Numbered from the whole stretch's first letter, positions 1-10,206 are shown. The stretch: 59,726 nt of DNA, filler included, from an uncultured bacterium (GCA_964471275.1; 4 parts of 4 records of this genome joined end to end with filler, not necessarily neighbours in it); one strand, 5' to 3'. Notes: generated by a model from the letters alone, not told the origin. Program-made: numbers and translations.

Positions 1-2
1 AT

Positions 3-851
3 CTGGCTGACGTGCATGCGGATGAAATCGATCAAGCGGCCTTCGATCAGAGGCGTCCATTCGAGCGGGTGGTTGAAGAGCTCACCCATCGCAATCGGTG
101 TGGCGCTTTGCTCCCGGATGTTCCTGAACCAGGCGATGTCTTCCGGGGCGAGCGCGTCTTCCAGGAAGAAGAGCTTGAATGGCTCGGCGTCCTTTGCGAA
201 CTGAACGGCGTCGCTTGGGCGCAGACGCTCGTGAATGTCGTGCAGCAGCTCGACTTCCGGACCTACCTCGGTTCTAACGTGCTCGATCATCTCCGTCATC
301 AAGCGGCAGTATTCCCGCGGATGGTAGTAAGCGCCATCTGGAGCGCCCTCCGGTTTCTGAATCGTATCTGATTCACCTCCGTAACCACCCATCTGTATTC
401 GAATGTGCCGGTAGCCTTGCTCCATATACTTGCGCACACTGTCGACAACTTCGTGCTTGTCCCGACCGCCTGCGTGCGCGTAGGTGTCCGCGCCTTCTCG
501 GCACTTGCCGCCCAGCAATTGGTAAACAGGCATGCCGGCCCGCTTGCCCATGATGTCCCATAGCGCCTGATCGATGCCCGAGATCGCGTTGTTGAGGACA
601 GGGCCATTCCGCCAGTAGCTGTTGACGGATGACATCTGCCACGTTTCTTCGATCCGGTCAACGTCGCGCCCAATGAGAAATGGTTTCAGATGCTGCTCGA
701 TCGCCGTATAGACGGCTTCGAATCGTTGCGTGAATGTCGCGCAACCGAGGCCGTACAGACCGTCATCCGAGGTGATGATCTTGACGATGACTAGCCGGGA
801 GCCTGCCGGCTGGGTGAGGATGGTTTTTATGTCCTTTATGGTTACGGGCAT
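3..851 (-). CDS. Enolase-superfamily sugar-acid dehydratase, D-mannonate dehydratase/RspA-like (runs off window edge)
   Basis: Not in ORF track. Manual translation from ATG at 851: MPVTIKDIKTILTQPAGSRLVIVK...SYWRNGPVLNNAISGIDQALWDI...LLHDIHERL...LFFLED...PIAMGELF...DFIRMHVSQ; YWRxGP and metal-ligand D/E/E motifs of the ManD/RspA subgroup. Confidence 0.88.
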   Translation of the reverse strand, partial: MPVTIKDIKTILTQPAGSRLVIVKIITSDDGLYGLGCATFTQRFEAVYTAIEQHLKPFLIGRDVDRIEETWQMSSVNSYWRNGPVLNNAISGIDQALWDIMGKRAGMPVYQLLGGKCREGADTYAHAGGRDKHEVVDSVRKYMEQGYRHIRIQMGGYGGESDTIQKPEGAPDGAYYHPREYCRLMTEMIEHVRTEVGPEVELLHDIHERLRPSDAVQFAKDAEPFKLFFLEDALAPEDIAWFRNIREQSATPIAMGELFNHPLEWTPLIEGRLIDFIRMHVSQ

Positions 852-863
852 TTGTATTCCTTT

Positions 864-912
864 GTGAGAACGAGAAGCGTGAGAGGGCAGAAGTGAGACG
901 TGAGAGAGAAAG
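864..912. repeat. Degenerate 7-nt-period purine-rich tandem repeat (xGTGAGA-like)
   Basis: gtgagaa-cgagaag-cgtgaga-gggcaga-agtgaga-cgtgaga-gagaaag in an intergenic gap. Confidence 0.5.
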
Positions 913-950
913 TCAAAGGCGTCTTGCCTCTCAGGGCTGCCTTCTGCCGC

Positions 951-2243
951 CTATAGAATTCCTTCCTTCTGCAAGATACTTCCGGCAATCGGATACGTTG
1001 CTCCGTGCATCGCATAAACGACTAGTCCGATCCCCTGCGCAAGGTATCCACCGGGATATAGGCTGGCGACGTCTACCGATTCATAGTTGTGCGGATAGAC
1101 CTTCATCTGACGCACCTGGAAGCGATAGTTATCACACTTGTCCGCCATCTGTATGTCTGGAAAGCCCTGTAGAACCGAGTAGTCTGCGATTCCGCCGATC
1201 TCGAGGATGACGTGATCCACGCGGATCTCTGTCGACTCGCTGGCTGTCTGAAGGCGCACAGTACCGCAGTCGTCGATCTGCGTGATATTCGTCTCGTAGC
1301 GAACGTCGAAGCGAGGGGATCGATCTTCCAGGATCTGAGCAATCCGGGCGTAGTAGGGCAGGTAGAGACTGTCACGGATCAGTGGGGTATGCTGCGCCTC
1401 GGTCTGGCGCTGGACATAGGTAACGTGCTTACCCGCATCGTGGAGTTCCGTTGCGGCCCAATCTGCCGATCGCCCGCCCCCAACAACAATGACGTTCGCG
1501 CCCGGAAAATCGTCAGGCGTGTCATACTGGTTCGTCACGAAGGGGAGATCGGCTCCCGGTGCTTCCAGCTTCCGCAGGATACATCGTTGTCCAGCAGCGT
1601 AGATGAGGTGGTCACTCGTGTAGTGGAGTGTCTCCTTCGTCGTCAGATCCTGGGCTGTCACCCGGAATCTTGCGCCGTCTGGTTCGATCGCTGTCACGTT
1701 CGTGCCGGTCTGAATCCGATCCGACACGCCGAACCGCTCCGGAATACTGTGGTAGTAGTCTATAAGGTGATGCTTGGTGATGAGAGCGTTCACGTCCAGA
1801 TCGAGACCGTTTTCGTCTGCCCACTGCTGTATCGGATAGAATCCGAATTCCATCCACTGACCGGGTGATAGGGTCAGCAGATTCCTGGGTACGTTGTTCC
1901 ACAGTCCGCCGACCTTCTCACGTGTGATCAGGAGGGAGTCCACCGGATCGTGTTTCCGAAATGCGTAAGCGACTTCATCAAGGCTGCGAAACTTCTTTCC
2001 TGGATGATGGAGAACACGAAACAGATCGGCTGGCGCGATGCCCTGTGTGTGGATGTCTTCGAGGTTCAGTGAGAGAAGGGTGTCCTTGTGTTTGGACAGG
2101 TAGGCGTTGAGCTGGGGGTAGCGTGACTCAAACAGCGCTCCCCCTTTGTAGTAGGGCCAGTATCCATTGAGGACGACGGACAGCGGAAGCCCGGCTGGCC
2201 CGCCGCCGACGATGATGACCTTGTGGTGTTGGGGTGTCGGCAA
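951..2243 (-). CDS. FAD/NAD(P)-dependent oxidoreductase (flavin monooxygenase-like), OSGIN-like
   Basis: 430-aa ORF with two Rossmann motifs (VIIVGGGPAG, VIVVGGGRSA); LSVVLNGYWPY, LFRVLHHP and GGLW...LSPGQWM resemble OSGIN1/2 as recalled. Confidence 0.8.
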   Translation of the reverse strand: MPTPQHHKVIIVGGGPAGLPLSVVLNGYWPYYKGGALFESRYPQLNAYLSKHKDTLLSLNLEDIHTQGIAPADLFRVLHHPGKKFRSLDEVAYAFRKHDPVDSLLITREKVGGLWNNVPRNLLTLSPGQWMEFGFYPIQQWADENGLDLDVNALITKHHLIDYYHSIPERFGVSDRIQTGTNVTAIEPDGARFRVTAQDLTTKETLHYTSDHLIYAAGQRCILRKLEAPGADLPFVTNQYDTPDDFPGANVIVVGGGRSADWAATELHDAGKHVTYVQRQTEAQHTPLIRDSLYLPYYARIAQILEDRSPRFDVRYETNITQIDDCGTVRLQTASESTEIRVDHVILEIGGIADYSVLQGFPDIQMADKCDNYRFQVRQMKVYPHNYESVDVASLYPGGYLAQGIGLVVYAMHGATYPIAGSILQKEGIL

Positions 2244-2253
2244 AAGTAATCGG

Positions 2254-3288
2254 TCAGACGAGCGACGTCAGGTTCAGACGTTTCGCTGCTTCCCGCAGTT
2301 TCTCCACGGTTCCCGGTGGCAGGGGAATCCCATTGATGATTCTGTCTTCGAAAGTTCGGAGTTCCGGTTCTCCCGGCATCATGATTTCCTGGTGGCCATC
2401 GGCTCTCGGCAGCGATTTTAGCTCGTCGATCGTGTCGTCCAGCAAGGTTTGATACTCGTTCACGTCGATGAAGAAGCTGATGTCGATCGCAGCGACCAGG
2501 CTGTTCTGGTTGTGTTTCTTCAATTCGCCCTTCAGAACAGGCACGATGAGCGGGTTGTTGGCCCTCAGGCTTGTCAGGCATTGGAAGACCAGAGCCAGGC
2601 CGGAGCCTTTTGGTCCGCCCGCCGGCAACAGAATCGACGCGACGTCTGGATCGGTGGTAGGGCTGCCGTCGGGAGCAAGCGCCCACTCGACCGGGATGGG
2701 CACACGCGTGTCGCTCGCAACACTCAGCTTTCCGCCGGCAGCGACACTCGTGGCAATGTCGAGGGTGATCGGTTTGTGTCGCTCCGTGGGGAAGGAGAAG
2801 GCGATCGGGCTGTTGTGGAGGCCTGCCGCCTTTGCACCGAAGGGGGCCACGTTCGGTGGACTGCACACGATCGCCATCCCCGCCATCCCTTCGGCCACGG
2901 CCATCTCGGAATAGTAACCCATCGCGCCCTGGTGCGTCACGTTGCGGATTAGACCCCAGCCAATGCCGACGTTCTTTGCTTTCCCGATGACCTTGCGCAT
3001 CGCCTGCACAGTGGGAATCGGCCCGAGACCTCGGTCGGCGTCCATAAAGAGAACGGCTGCCGATTCCTTGAGGATCTTGATGTCGGGTGTCGGGTTCATC
3101 CACCCCTTTTCGATCATATCCAGGTAGGAGGTGATCCGCTGAACACCGTGCGAGTGGACACCACGCAGGTTTGCCCAGACGAGAACCTCGGCCTCAACCG
3201 CGGCATCCTCCGGTGGCAAGCCCGCATTCTCGAATGCGTCCTGTGTGAACGTTCTCAGTCTGTCGGTGTCGATTCGTGTCTCTGACAT
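2254..3288 (-). CDS. Ldh_2 family (malate/L-lactate/sulfolactate/ureidoglycolate) dehydrogenase
   Basis: RGVHSHG, THQGAMGYY, NSPIAF, LDIATS and GGPKGSGLAL motifs. Confidence 0.92.
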   Translation of the reverse strand: MSETRIDTDRLRTFTQDAFENAGLPPEDAAVEAEVLVWANLRGVHSHGVQRITSYLDMIEKGWMNPTPDIKILKESAAVLFMDADRGLGPIPTVQAMRKVIGKAKNVGIGWGLIRNVTHQGAMGYYSEMAVAEGMAGMAIVCSPPNVAPFGAKAAGLHNSPIAFSFPTERHKPITLDIATSVAAGGKLSVASDTRVPIPVEWALAPDGSPTTDPDVASILLPAGGPKGSGLALVFQCLTSLRANNPLIVPVLKGELKKHNQNSLVAAIDISFFIDVNEYQTLLDDTIDELKSLPRADGHQEIMMPGEPELRTFEDRIINGIPLPPGTVEKLREAAKRLNLTSLV

Positions 3289-3338
3289 GTCCGAATTCGT
3301 GGCGTAAAGGCGTCCGGATGGCCGGTCGTTGGGCTACC

Positions 3339-3367
3339 TTGACTTTGTAATTGTGATGGGCTATGAT
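3339..3367 (+). promoter_or_regulatory. sigma70-type promoter upstream of the aminotransferase operon
   Basis: TTGACT-N17-TATGAT about 100 nt upstream of ATG 3472. Confidence 0.65.
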
Positions 3368-3471
3368 GCCCATTCTTGGCGGTTCCGCGTGTCCGCCACG
3401 ACGAAATCGACACAAAGTAGTCCGGTCTCATGAGGCCGTCAAGATGTATGTGTTTCTAGAAAGAGGATACT

Positions 3472-4795
3472 ATGAGCAGTATTGAGAATCTGGATGTCGA
3501 TCGCGTTCGAAATCAGGATCTGGACCACGTCTGGCACCCGATGATGCAGCATCAGGGGATGACCAAGGACGATCTTCTCATGATTGTTTCTGGTGACGGT
3601 TGTGAGGTCATGGATGCGGACGGCAAGACATATCTAGATGCCTGCGCCGGGATCTGGAACGTCAATGTCGGGTATGGTAGACAGGAGATCATCGACGCGG
3701 TCACCAGGCAAATGCAGGAGCTGGCTTTCTATCCGCAAACGCAGATCAGCGTGCCGGCGGCTCAGCTCGCCGCGCGTCTGGCGGAACTACTTCCCGGTGA
3801 TCTCAATCATCTGTTCTTCGTGAACAGCGGGTCGGAAGCAAACGAGACGGCGATCAAAGTCGCAAGGCAGTATGGGCGGGCGACGCATCCCGGTGAGAAC
3901 CGATACAAGATCATCTGCCGCTACCAGGGCTATCACGATGGGCGCGATGTCTGCGACGGGACAGACGGGACGGCGATCGCCATTCGAGCCCCTGGCCCCC
4001 GGATTCGTTCACGTCGAGCCCCCGAATGGGAAGGCACACGGCCCGGAGGAGATCGCCCGTGTAATCGAGCGCGAGGGCCCTGACACGGTGGCCGCCATTC
4101 TGGCTGAACCCATCATCGGGGGGGGCGGCGTGCTGGTCCCCCCGGATGAGTATCTATCCGGCTTGCGAGAGATATGCAACCACTACGGTCTTCTCCTGAT
4201 GCTGGATGAGGTTATCACCGGTTTCGGGCGAACAGGGAAGCTCTTTGCCTGCGAACACTGGGGCGTAACTCCAGACGTGATGTCGATCGCCAAAGGCGTT
4301 TCTAGCGGCTACCTGCCGCTTGGCGCTTGCGCGGTGACAGACACAGTATTCGATGCCTTCAAGGGGGACACTGGCGACCATCGTGAGTTTTCGCAGATCT
4401 CGACCTATGGGGGACATCCTGCCTGCTGCGCGGCGGCACTGGCGAACCTCGTTATTCTGACCGAGGAGAGGCTTTGGGAAAACTCGGAAGAGATAGGCGC
4501 CCACCTGCTCGGGCGCTTGAGAGAGATCTCGTCTCCGCTCGTGAAAGAGGTCCGCGGGAAGGGACTGATGCTTGCGGTCGAATTGCAGAATGAGGACGGA
4601 TCTGAATTGGACGCAGAGAGAACGGGGGCGTTTGGTAAGGCACTCAGGAGTGCCGGTGTGATTACGGGGAAGATGAGCCACGTGAATGCGGGATCAGAAC
4701 CGGTGTTCACGCTATCGCCGCCGCTGATTCTGAAGGCGGAGCAGGCTGACAAGATCGCATCCGCGTTTGTGACGGCGCTTCGGGAGATCAGCTAA
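3472..4795 (+). pseudogene. Class III PLP aminotransferase (taurine:pyruvate aminotransferase/YhxA-like), frameshifted near 3937
   Basis: N-half (3472 frame: WHPM, NSGSEAN, GYH) and C-half (3872 frame: MGAMS, EPIIGGGG, DEVITGFGRTG, SIAKG) form one protein; the expected YH-GxT-M is reduced to YH+g+ATG. Confidence 0.85.
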
Positions 4796-4892
4796 GGTCT
4801 GGAGTGACAAATACAAATGAAGAAGTGACAAATGACAACCAACCCACTAGGCGCTCTGCGCTACAGTGGGAGGCAAGCAGGTAACGTAAGGG

Positions 4893-6458
4893 ATGGCAAA
4901 CGTGGCAGACACGATCAGGCAGGCATTTGAGCATAGTCTTCGGCTTCGGCAGGAGATGGAGCGTTGGGTCGATCAGACGCGCACAATGGATCCACCTGGG
5001 CAGCAGGGAGGCGGGGAGGACGAAGCGAACTACGCTCTTGCCTGGATTCCGCACTACCTGATCACGCAGAGCGAAGGCGTTCGCGAGCACTTTGTGGATC
5101 TTCGCAATCAACTGGGCGGTTGGGTGGAGCGAGATTGCCATCACGGTTACGAGACGGAAGCGGAAGCCCATCACGGTACGGAACCATTCCTGCTGTTTCT
5201 GCCGCGATATCTCGGGCTGTTCCCCGATGACAAGAAGGCGGGCGCTCTTCTGGAGGATGCTGCTCACCACATCGGAAACTGGGTCGGCGGGGTCCCTGCC
5301 TGGTTCGACTGGGAAGCGAACCGATTCATCGGTTACCGGATTGGATCGGTCGATGTGGAGAATACCCCCGAGACACGCGTAGAGCTGGCCGAGCACTTCA
5401 GATTCATTCATATCGCCCTGGCCGCGTATCGCGCTACCGGTGAAGGTCGATATCTGGATTGGGCTGTCGGATACGGCCGCAAGCGTGCCCAGCAGATCTG
5501 CGATGTCGAAGGGGATCGCCTGCCCATTATGTGGGATCACGAGGGTCGCCCCATCTTTCAGAAGACGTTGACGCGATCTCAGGGGGGGATGGCAGCTCAG
5601 AATCATCAGATACAGGGTGATCCGCTAGCGGGGGTGGAAGTTCTCCTGGCCAGTGGTGCGATCTACGCACTTGGTGATATGTTTCGGGAAACGAAAGAGG
5701 CGGTTTTCTGCGCAGCGGCAAAGCGGATCGCGGAGCCGATGATCGACCAGCTGCTCGATCCGTACTCGGATCCGGGAGCGGCCGCGCTCCTGTACTACCG
5801 CTGGACCTTCGGCGAACTTTCGCTGGATACGCAGATCGAAAACATGATTCGCAGGATGCCGAATGAGGCCGATGGAGAGCTGACGATGATGTTCCCGGAG
5901 CATCGGCGGCGGGTCTGGCCCGGTGTCGGGAAACGTATGGATATGACCTTCTGGGGGCTCTGGCAGGAGGATGGCTCGGTGACGCCCACGCAGGAGCCCT
6001 CTACGTCTGCACTGACGCTGGCCTACCAGCTAACGGGCGATATCGATTATGCACGCCGGGCCTTCGGGCAGGCGGAACGTAAACTCACGATGGCGAGACG
6101 TGTCTTGCGCGGGGGACGGGAACATGCAGATATGGGAGGCGCCGTTTGCTCGACGGCCGCCGGTCACGGTCGGAACTGGGGCTCGGGTGCCGTCACCGGA
6201 TGCTACGGTCCGTTGATGCTCGGCACACGAGAGATCAAGGGCGCTGTTTCACCGACAGTCCAGATCGAGTCCTACGGGCAAATGAATCTCCCGGAAGACG
6301 TTCTGACCCTTGTCAGGCCAGATTGCAACGGGAAAGCCGACCTGATCGTCTTTAACGGCGGGACGAATCCGCACAAGCTCACCGTTCACACGGATACCGC
6401 CCGGGCCGTTGAAGTCGGTCCCGGACAGCAGGTAGACCTGAAGGTTGAGGTGTCATGA
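4893..6458 (+). CDS. Hypothetical protein, probable (alpha/alpha)-barrel enzyme
   Basis: 521-aa ORF overlapping the next gene by ATGA; repeated AYxxTGxxxY helical-hairpin motifs (AAYRATGEGRYL, LAYQLTGDIDY). Confidence 0.75.
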   Translation: MANVADTIRQAFEHSLRLRQEMERWVDQTRTMDPPGQQGGGEDEANYALAWIPHYLITQSEGVREHFVDLRNQLGGWVERDCHHGYETEAEAHHGTEPFLLFLPRYLGLFPDDKKAGALLEDAAHHIGNWVGGVPAWFDWEANRFIGYRIGSVDVENTPETRVELAEHFRFIHIALAAYRATGEGRYLDWAVGYGRKRAQQICDVEGDRLPIMWDHEGRPIFQKTLTRSQGGMAAQNHQIQGDPLAGVEVLLASGAIYALGDMFRETKEAVFCAAAKRIAEPMIDQLLDPYSDPGAAALLYYRWTFGELSLDTQIENMIRRMPNEADGELTMMFPEHRRRVWPGVGKRMDMTFWGLWQEDGSVTPTQEPSTSALTLAYQLTGDIDYARRAFGQAERKLTMARRVLRGGREHADMGGAVCSTAAGHGRNWGSGAVTGCYGPLMLGTREIKGAVSPTVQIESYGQMNLPEDVLTLVRPDCNGKADLIVFNGGTNPHKLTVHTDTARAVEVGPGQQVDLKVEVS

Positions 6459-7438
6459 AGTATTGTCGATTTGGCAGCACCTGTCTCGATGTGTCGGAGG
6501 TAGGCCTTGGGGCATTCCCGATCTCGGGGATGCAGGCGCAGGCCGACGGGTCGCTGCGTGGTTGGTCCGGCGTCGTCGACGAGGAGTCGATCGCGCTGAT
6601 TCACCGTGCCGAGGAGCTGGGGGTCAACCTGATCGACTCGGCAGAGGGCTACGGTGACGGCCATAGCGAGACGGTTACCGGACAGGCACTCAAGGGACGG
6701 CGTGACAAGTGGATTGTGGCGACGAAGGTGAATCCCAACCGCGGTGTGGACGATGATGCAAGGGATGTGTCGGCTGTGAGACAGCGGATTACCGAGGCGT
6801 GCGAAGACAGTCTGAGACGGCTGGGGATGGAGACGATCGATCTGTATCAACTCCACGCGATCCCGCACGAGTGGGCAATGTCTGCCGTTATGGAAGCGCT
6901 CGCGAAGCTGAAGAAGCAGGGGAAGGTTCTGTGGTATGGAATTTCGACGAATGACCAGGCGGCTGCCCAGAAACTTCGGGCCTTTGGCCCCGTTGATGTG
7001 CTGCAGATCGGCTACAATCTGCTCGAGCGGAGCGCTGACTCCCTGCTGAACTGGGCGAAGGAAGCCGACATCGGGACGCTGATCCGGGTACCGCTCGCAA
7101 AGGGTATGCTGACGGGGAAATACTTCGGAGAGGGAGCCCAACAGCTGCCCGAGGATGACTTGCGCTATGGTCGGTTCCAGAGACAGGAAACAAAGGACGG
7201 GTTGAGAAGATTGCCGGAGCTTGCGTTCCTGCAGAATGACCAACGGTCGATGGTCCAGGCAGCGCTTCGGTTTGTGATCGATCATCCCGGTGTGTCGTGT
7301 GTGATCGCAGGCGCGAAGAACAGGGAGCAGATCGAGCACAATGTGTTGACATCTGGAATGGCGTCGCTGTCCGATGAGGAGTTGGCCAGAGCGTTACCGA
7401 TTGCGGATGAGATCACGACGCCCGGGTGGATTGGGTGA
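6455..7438 (+). CDS. Aldo/keto reductase
   Basis: SEVGLG, IDSAEGYG, ATK, DLYQLH, QIGYNLL, PLAKGML motifs. Confidence 0.93.
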   Translation: MKYCRFGSTCLDVSEVGLGAFPISGMQAQADGSLRGWSGVVDEESIALIHRAEELGVNLIDSAEGYGDGHSETVTGQALKGRRDKWIVATKVNPNRGVDDDARDVSAVRQRITEACEDSLRRLGMETIDLYQLHAIPHEWAMSAVMEALAKLKKQGKVLWYGISTNDQAAAQKLRAFGPVDVLQIGYNLLERSADSLLNWAKEADIGTLIRVPLAKGMLTGKYFGEGAQQLPEDDLRYGRFQRQETKDGLRRLPELAFLQNDQRSMVQAALRFVIDHPGVSCVIAGAKNREQIEHNVLTSGMASLSDEELARALPIADEITTPGWIG

Positions 7439-7503
7439 GGGCGGTAGGGGCGTAGAAGCTGCAGGGGAGTAAAGGGCGCAGGGGGGCAGAGGCGGGAGAG
7501 CGG
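7439..7503. repeat. Degenerate ~8-nt-period G/A-rich repeat tract
   Basis: aggggcgt / aggggagt / aagggcgc / aggggggc / agaggcgg directly after the AKR stop codon. Confidence 0.4.
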
Positions 7504-7576
7504 GTTGATGACCGATTGGTTTTCTTGCCCCACTTGCTCTTCTTGTCTAGCATTTCGAGAATCCTGGAGATAACTG

Positions 7577-8719
7577 ATGAAAATTGCCGCGCTGAAGACT
7601 TTCGTTCATACAGCAGGAAACTGTTTCGTAAAGGTGGAGACAGATAAAGGCATCTACGGGTTGGGCGAGGCGGGGCTTAAGCGCAGGGGGCACGCGATCG
7701 CCGAGGTCGTCAAGGGCTTTGAGCCGGACCTGGTCGGGGCTGACCCCTCACGGATCGAGCATCTCTGGCAGACGATGTTTAGGGGTGGGTTCTTCCCTGG
7801 GGGCGTGGTTCAGTCAGCGGCCGTGAGCGCCGTGGATATCGCGTTATGGGATATCAAGGCGAAGGCGCTCGGCGTCTCTGTCTACGAGCTGCTGGGCGGG
7901 CTGACGCGTGAGAAGGTGGCCTGTTATCCGCATATCAGTGAGCGTGATCAAATCGACAAGCTGGTTGCGAATTGCCAGAAGAGGCAGGCAGAGGGATGGC
8001 GTTTTGCGCGTTGGGGGATGAGTGATCCCACAGGAGATGGGGGTGTGTTCGAGCCGGACCGCGCGGTGAACTACGGGATCGCGCAGGTGAAGGCCGTAAG
8101 GGAGGCCTGCGGCGAGGATTTCGGGATCTGCGTTGACGTGCACACGCGACTGGATCCGTCGGCTGCGGTCCAATTCTGTAAGGGCATCGAACCGTATCGG
8201 CCGTTTTTTGTCGAGGATCCGATTCGGAGTGAGAGTAGCCAGAGCCTGCGGATGATTCGTCAGCAAACCTCCGTGCCGATCGCGGTTGGAGAGCAGTGGG
8301 ACAGTAAGTGGGCGTTCCAGCAGGCCATCGAGGAGGACCTGATGGATTACTGCAGAGTCGATCTTTGCATCGCCGGCGGGCTGACGGAGTCGAAGAAGAT
8401 TGCGGGGTGGTGCGAAACGCACTACATACACCTGGCGCCTCACAACCCGCTGGGGCCCGTGTCGACAGCGGCGTGTCTGCATCTCTGTTTGTCTTCATCG
8501 TTGGTAGGGGTGCAGGAGCTGCCCCAAATACCCGGGACAACGATGATGGATGTGTTTCCGAGGCAGGTGCCCTATGAAGCTGGGCATTTGCTGGTGCCCG
8601 AGGGCCCAGGTCTTGGGATCGACTTCAATGAGGGGGCGTTTGAGGAAATGGAGCCGTATTCTCCGCCGGCCAAGGGGACGTATTTTCTGAGAGATGACGG
8701 GAGTTACACGAATTGGTAG
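7577..8719 (+). CDS. Mandelate racemase/enolase superfamily dehydratase (galactonate dehydratase DgoD-like)
   Basis: SAVDIALWDIKAK, VDVH, FVEDP, PIAVGEQ, APHNPLGP; GGAG RBS. Confidence 0.92.
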   Translation: MKIAALKTFVHTAGNCFVKVETDKGIYGLGEAGLKRRGHAIAEVVKGFEPDLVGADPSRIEHLWQTMFRGGFFPGGVVQSAAVSAVDIALWDIKAKALGVSVYELLGGLTREKVACYPHISERDQIDKLVANCQKRQAEGWRFARWGMSDPTGDGGVFEPDRAVNYGIAQVKAVREACGEDFGICVDVHTRLDPSAAVQFCKGIEPYRPFFVEDPIRSESSQSLRMIRQQTSVPIAVGEQWDSKWAFQQAIEEDLMDYCRVDLCIAGGLTESKKIAGWCETHYIHLAPHNPLGPVSTAACLHLCLSSSLVGVQELPQIPGTTMMDVFPRQVPYEAGHLLVPEGPGLGIDFNEGAFEEMEPYSPPAKGTYFLRDDGSYTNW

Positions 8720-8952
8720 GGAATCCAATGGTCAGCGAAAAATAAGAGTCGAAGGCAATACTCAGTTCGAGCTGATTGGCGTGATCTGTGGTTCAGATCG
8801 GGGTGACTTCGATGAGAGCGAGACACACGAAGTGATGCTGTTCGCTGCCCCTTCTGCAAGTCGGTAGCGGGCGTACTACGAAACATTCCTCCCACAAGTC
8901 CGTGAAGAACCACAAGGAGTTGGGCGATGGATCGTGAGGGAAGAGAATAGAG

Positions 8953-10206
8953 ATGGCGATCAAGATTGGGATAATCGGGTGCGCGCGGATTTTGAACGCG
9001 CATCTGAGAGGGTTCAAGCTACTGCAGGAAGCCGGGTATGATGATCTATTCAAGATCACGGCACTGTGCGCGCGTAAGGAGGAAGATGGGCTGAGGTTTC
9101 GGAAGCGGGGAGAAGGGCCACCGCCACGGCCGAACCCGATCGAGACGCCTGGTGATCCGTTGAACGCACTACATATGTATATCGATGATCTGCACCCGGG
9201 GTTCGAGGCGGATGTCTTCACGGATTATCAGGAGATGCTGAAGTCGGGAGACATCGATGCTGTGCTGGTCTACACGGGACACGACAGTCATCACACGATC
9301 GCGATCGATGCGATGCGTGCGGGGAAGGATGTCGCCGTTGAGAAGGCGATGGCGATTTCGGTCAAGGCGGCGCAGGCGATGTGCGATGCGGCGGACGAGA
9401 CGGGACGTGTTCTTTCTATCGATGAAAATGTCCACTTCGGTGTGGGGACCGTTGCTTCAAAGTGGGCGATCGACCAGGGACTGATCGGCGATGTACAGAT
9501 GGTGTATCGAGGCGTGATCGGGTTCCCGTCACATCGTCCTGATCTGGCGACGGCAAGGACGGCCTGGCGGCACTCGAAGCTGGGATCGGGCGGTGGTGTG
9601 TCGATCGATCTCGGGGTTCATCTGTTTAATGGAATCCGGACGATGTGCGGCCCCGTTACGTCGGTGAGCGCGACCTGGCAGATTCTGGAACCGGTTCGTG
9701 TTCTGCTGACTGATGACGACACTGCGGTTGCCGAAAAGATTCCGAACGAGGTGGATGACGCGTTCTTTACGAATTTCAGACTGGGACGCGGCGGTCAGGG
9801 GCACGCGGCAGTCGCACGGAGCTCGCACGGACACCGGATCGGTGTTCCGGGAGGGACCAACATCTTCGGTACAGCCGGTTCGATCTCCGATGGCAACTAC
9901 TATGCAGACGACGGCACATCGGGCAGCGTTTCCGAGAAGTTTAAGGCCGACGCCGCGGGTCTGTATGATGAGGCGTTTCCTGCGGGAATCACGGACGCCT
10001 ATGCGCTCGAACAGCTCGACTTCCTGTTGTCGATTCGAGACGACCGAAGGCCTCGGATGAACGGGGTTGAAGGCACGATCGATCTGGCACTGAGCTACGC
10101 GATCCTGGAGTCAGGGCTGTTGGGCCGGGAGGTCACGCTCGAGGAGATGCTGGCCGGTGAGGCTGATGTCTACCAGAAGCCCATCAACGATCACTACGGA
10201 CTATAA
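8953..10206 (+). CDS. Gfo/Idh/MocA family oxidoreductase
   Basis: IGIIGCAR, VEKAMA, GGGVSIDLGVH motifs. Confidence 0.9.
   Translation: MAIKIGIIGCARILNAHLRGFKLLQEAGYDDLFKITALCARKEEDGLRFRKRGEGPPPRPNPIETPGDPLNALHMYIDDLHPGFEADVFTDYQEMLKSGDIDAVLVYTGHDSHHTIAIDAMRAGKDVAVEKAMAISVKAAQAMCDAADETGRVLSIDENVHFGVGTVASKWAIDQGLIGDVQMVYRGVIGFPSHRPDLATARTAWRHSKLGSGGGVSIDLGVHLFNGIRTMCGPVTSVSATWQILEPVRVLLTDDDTAVAEKIPNEVDDAFFTNFRLGRGGQGHAAVARSSHGHRIGVPGGTNIFGTAGSISDGNYYADDGTSGSVSEKFKADAAGLYDEAFPAGITDAYALEQLDFLLSIRDDRRPRMNGVEGTIDLALSYAILESGLLGREVTLEEMLAGEADVYQKPINDHYGL

Noticed and set aside
3368..3471. Riboswitch in the aminotransferase 5' leader (two small hairpins)
   Set aside because: Stems are short and match no aptamer consensus I recognise.
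8720..8952. Possible small-gene remnant between the dehydratase and the Gfo gene
   Set aside because: One frame looks protein-like but has an internal stop and no identifiable family.
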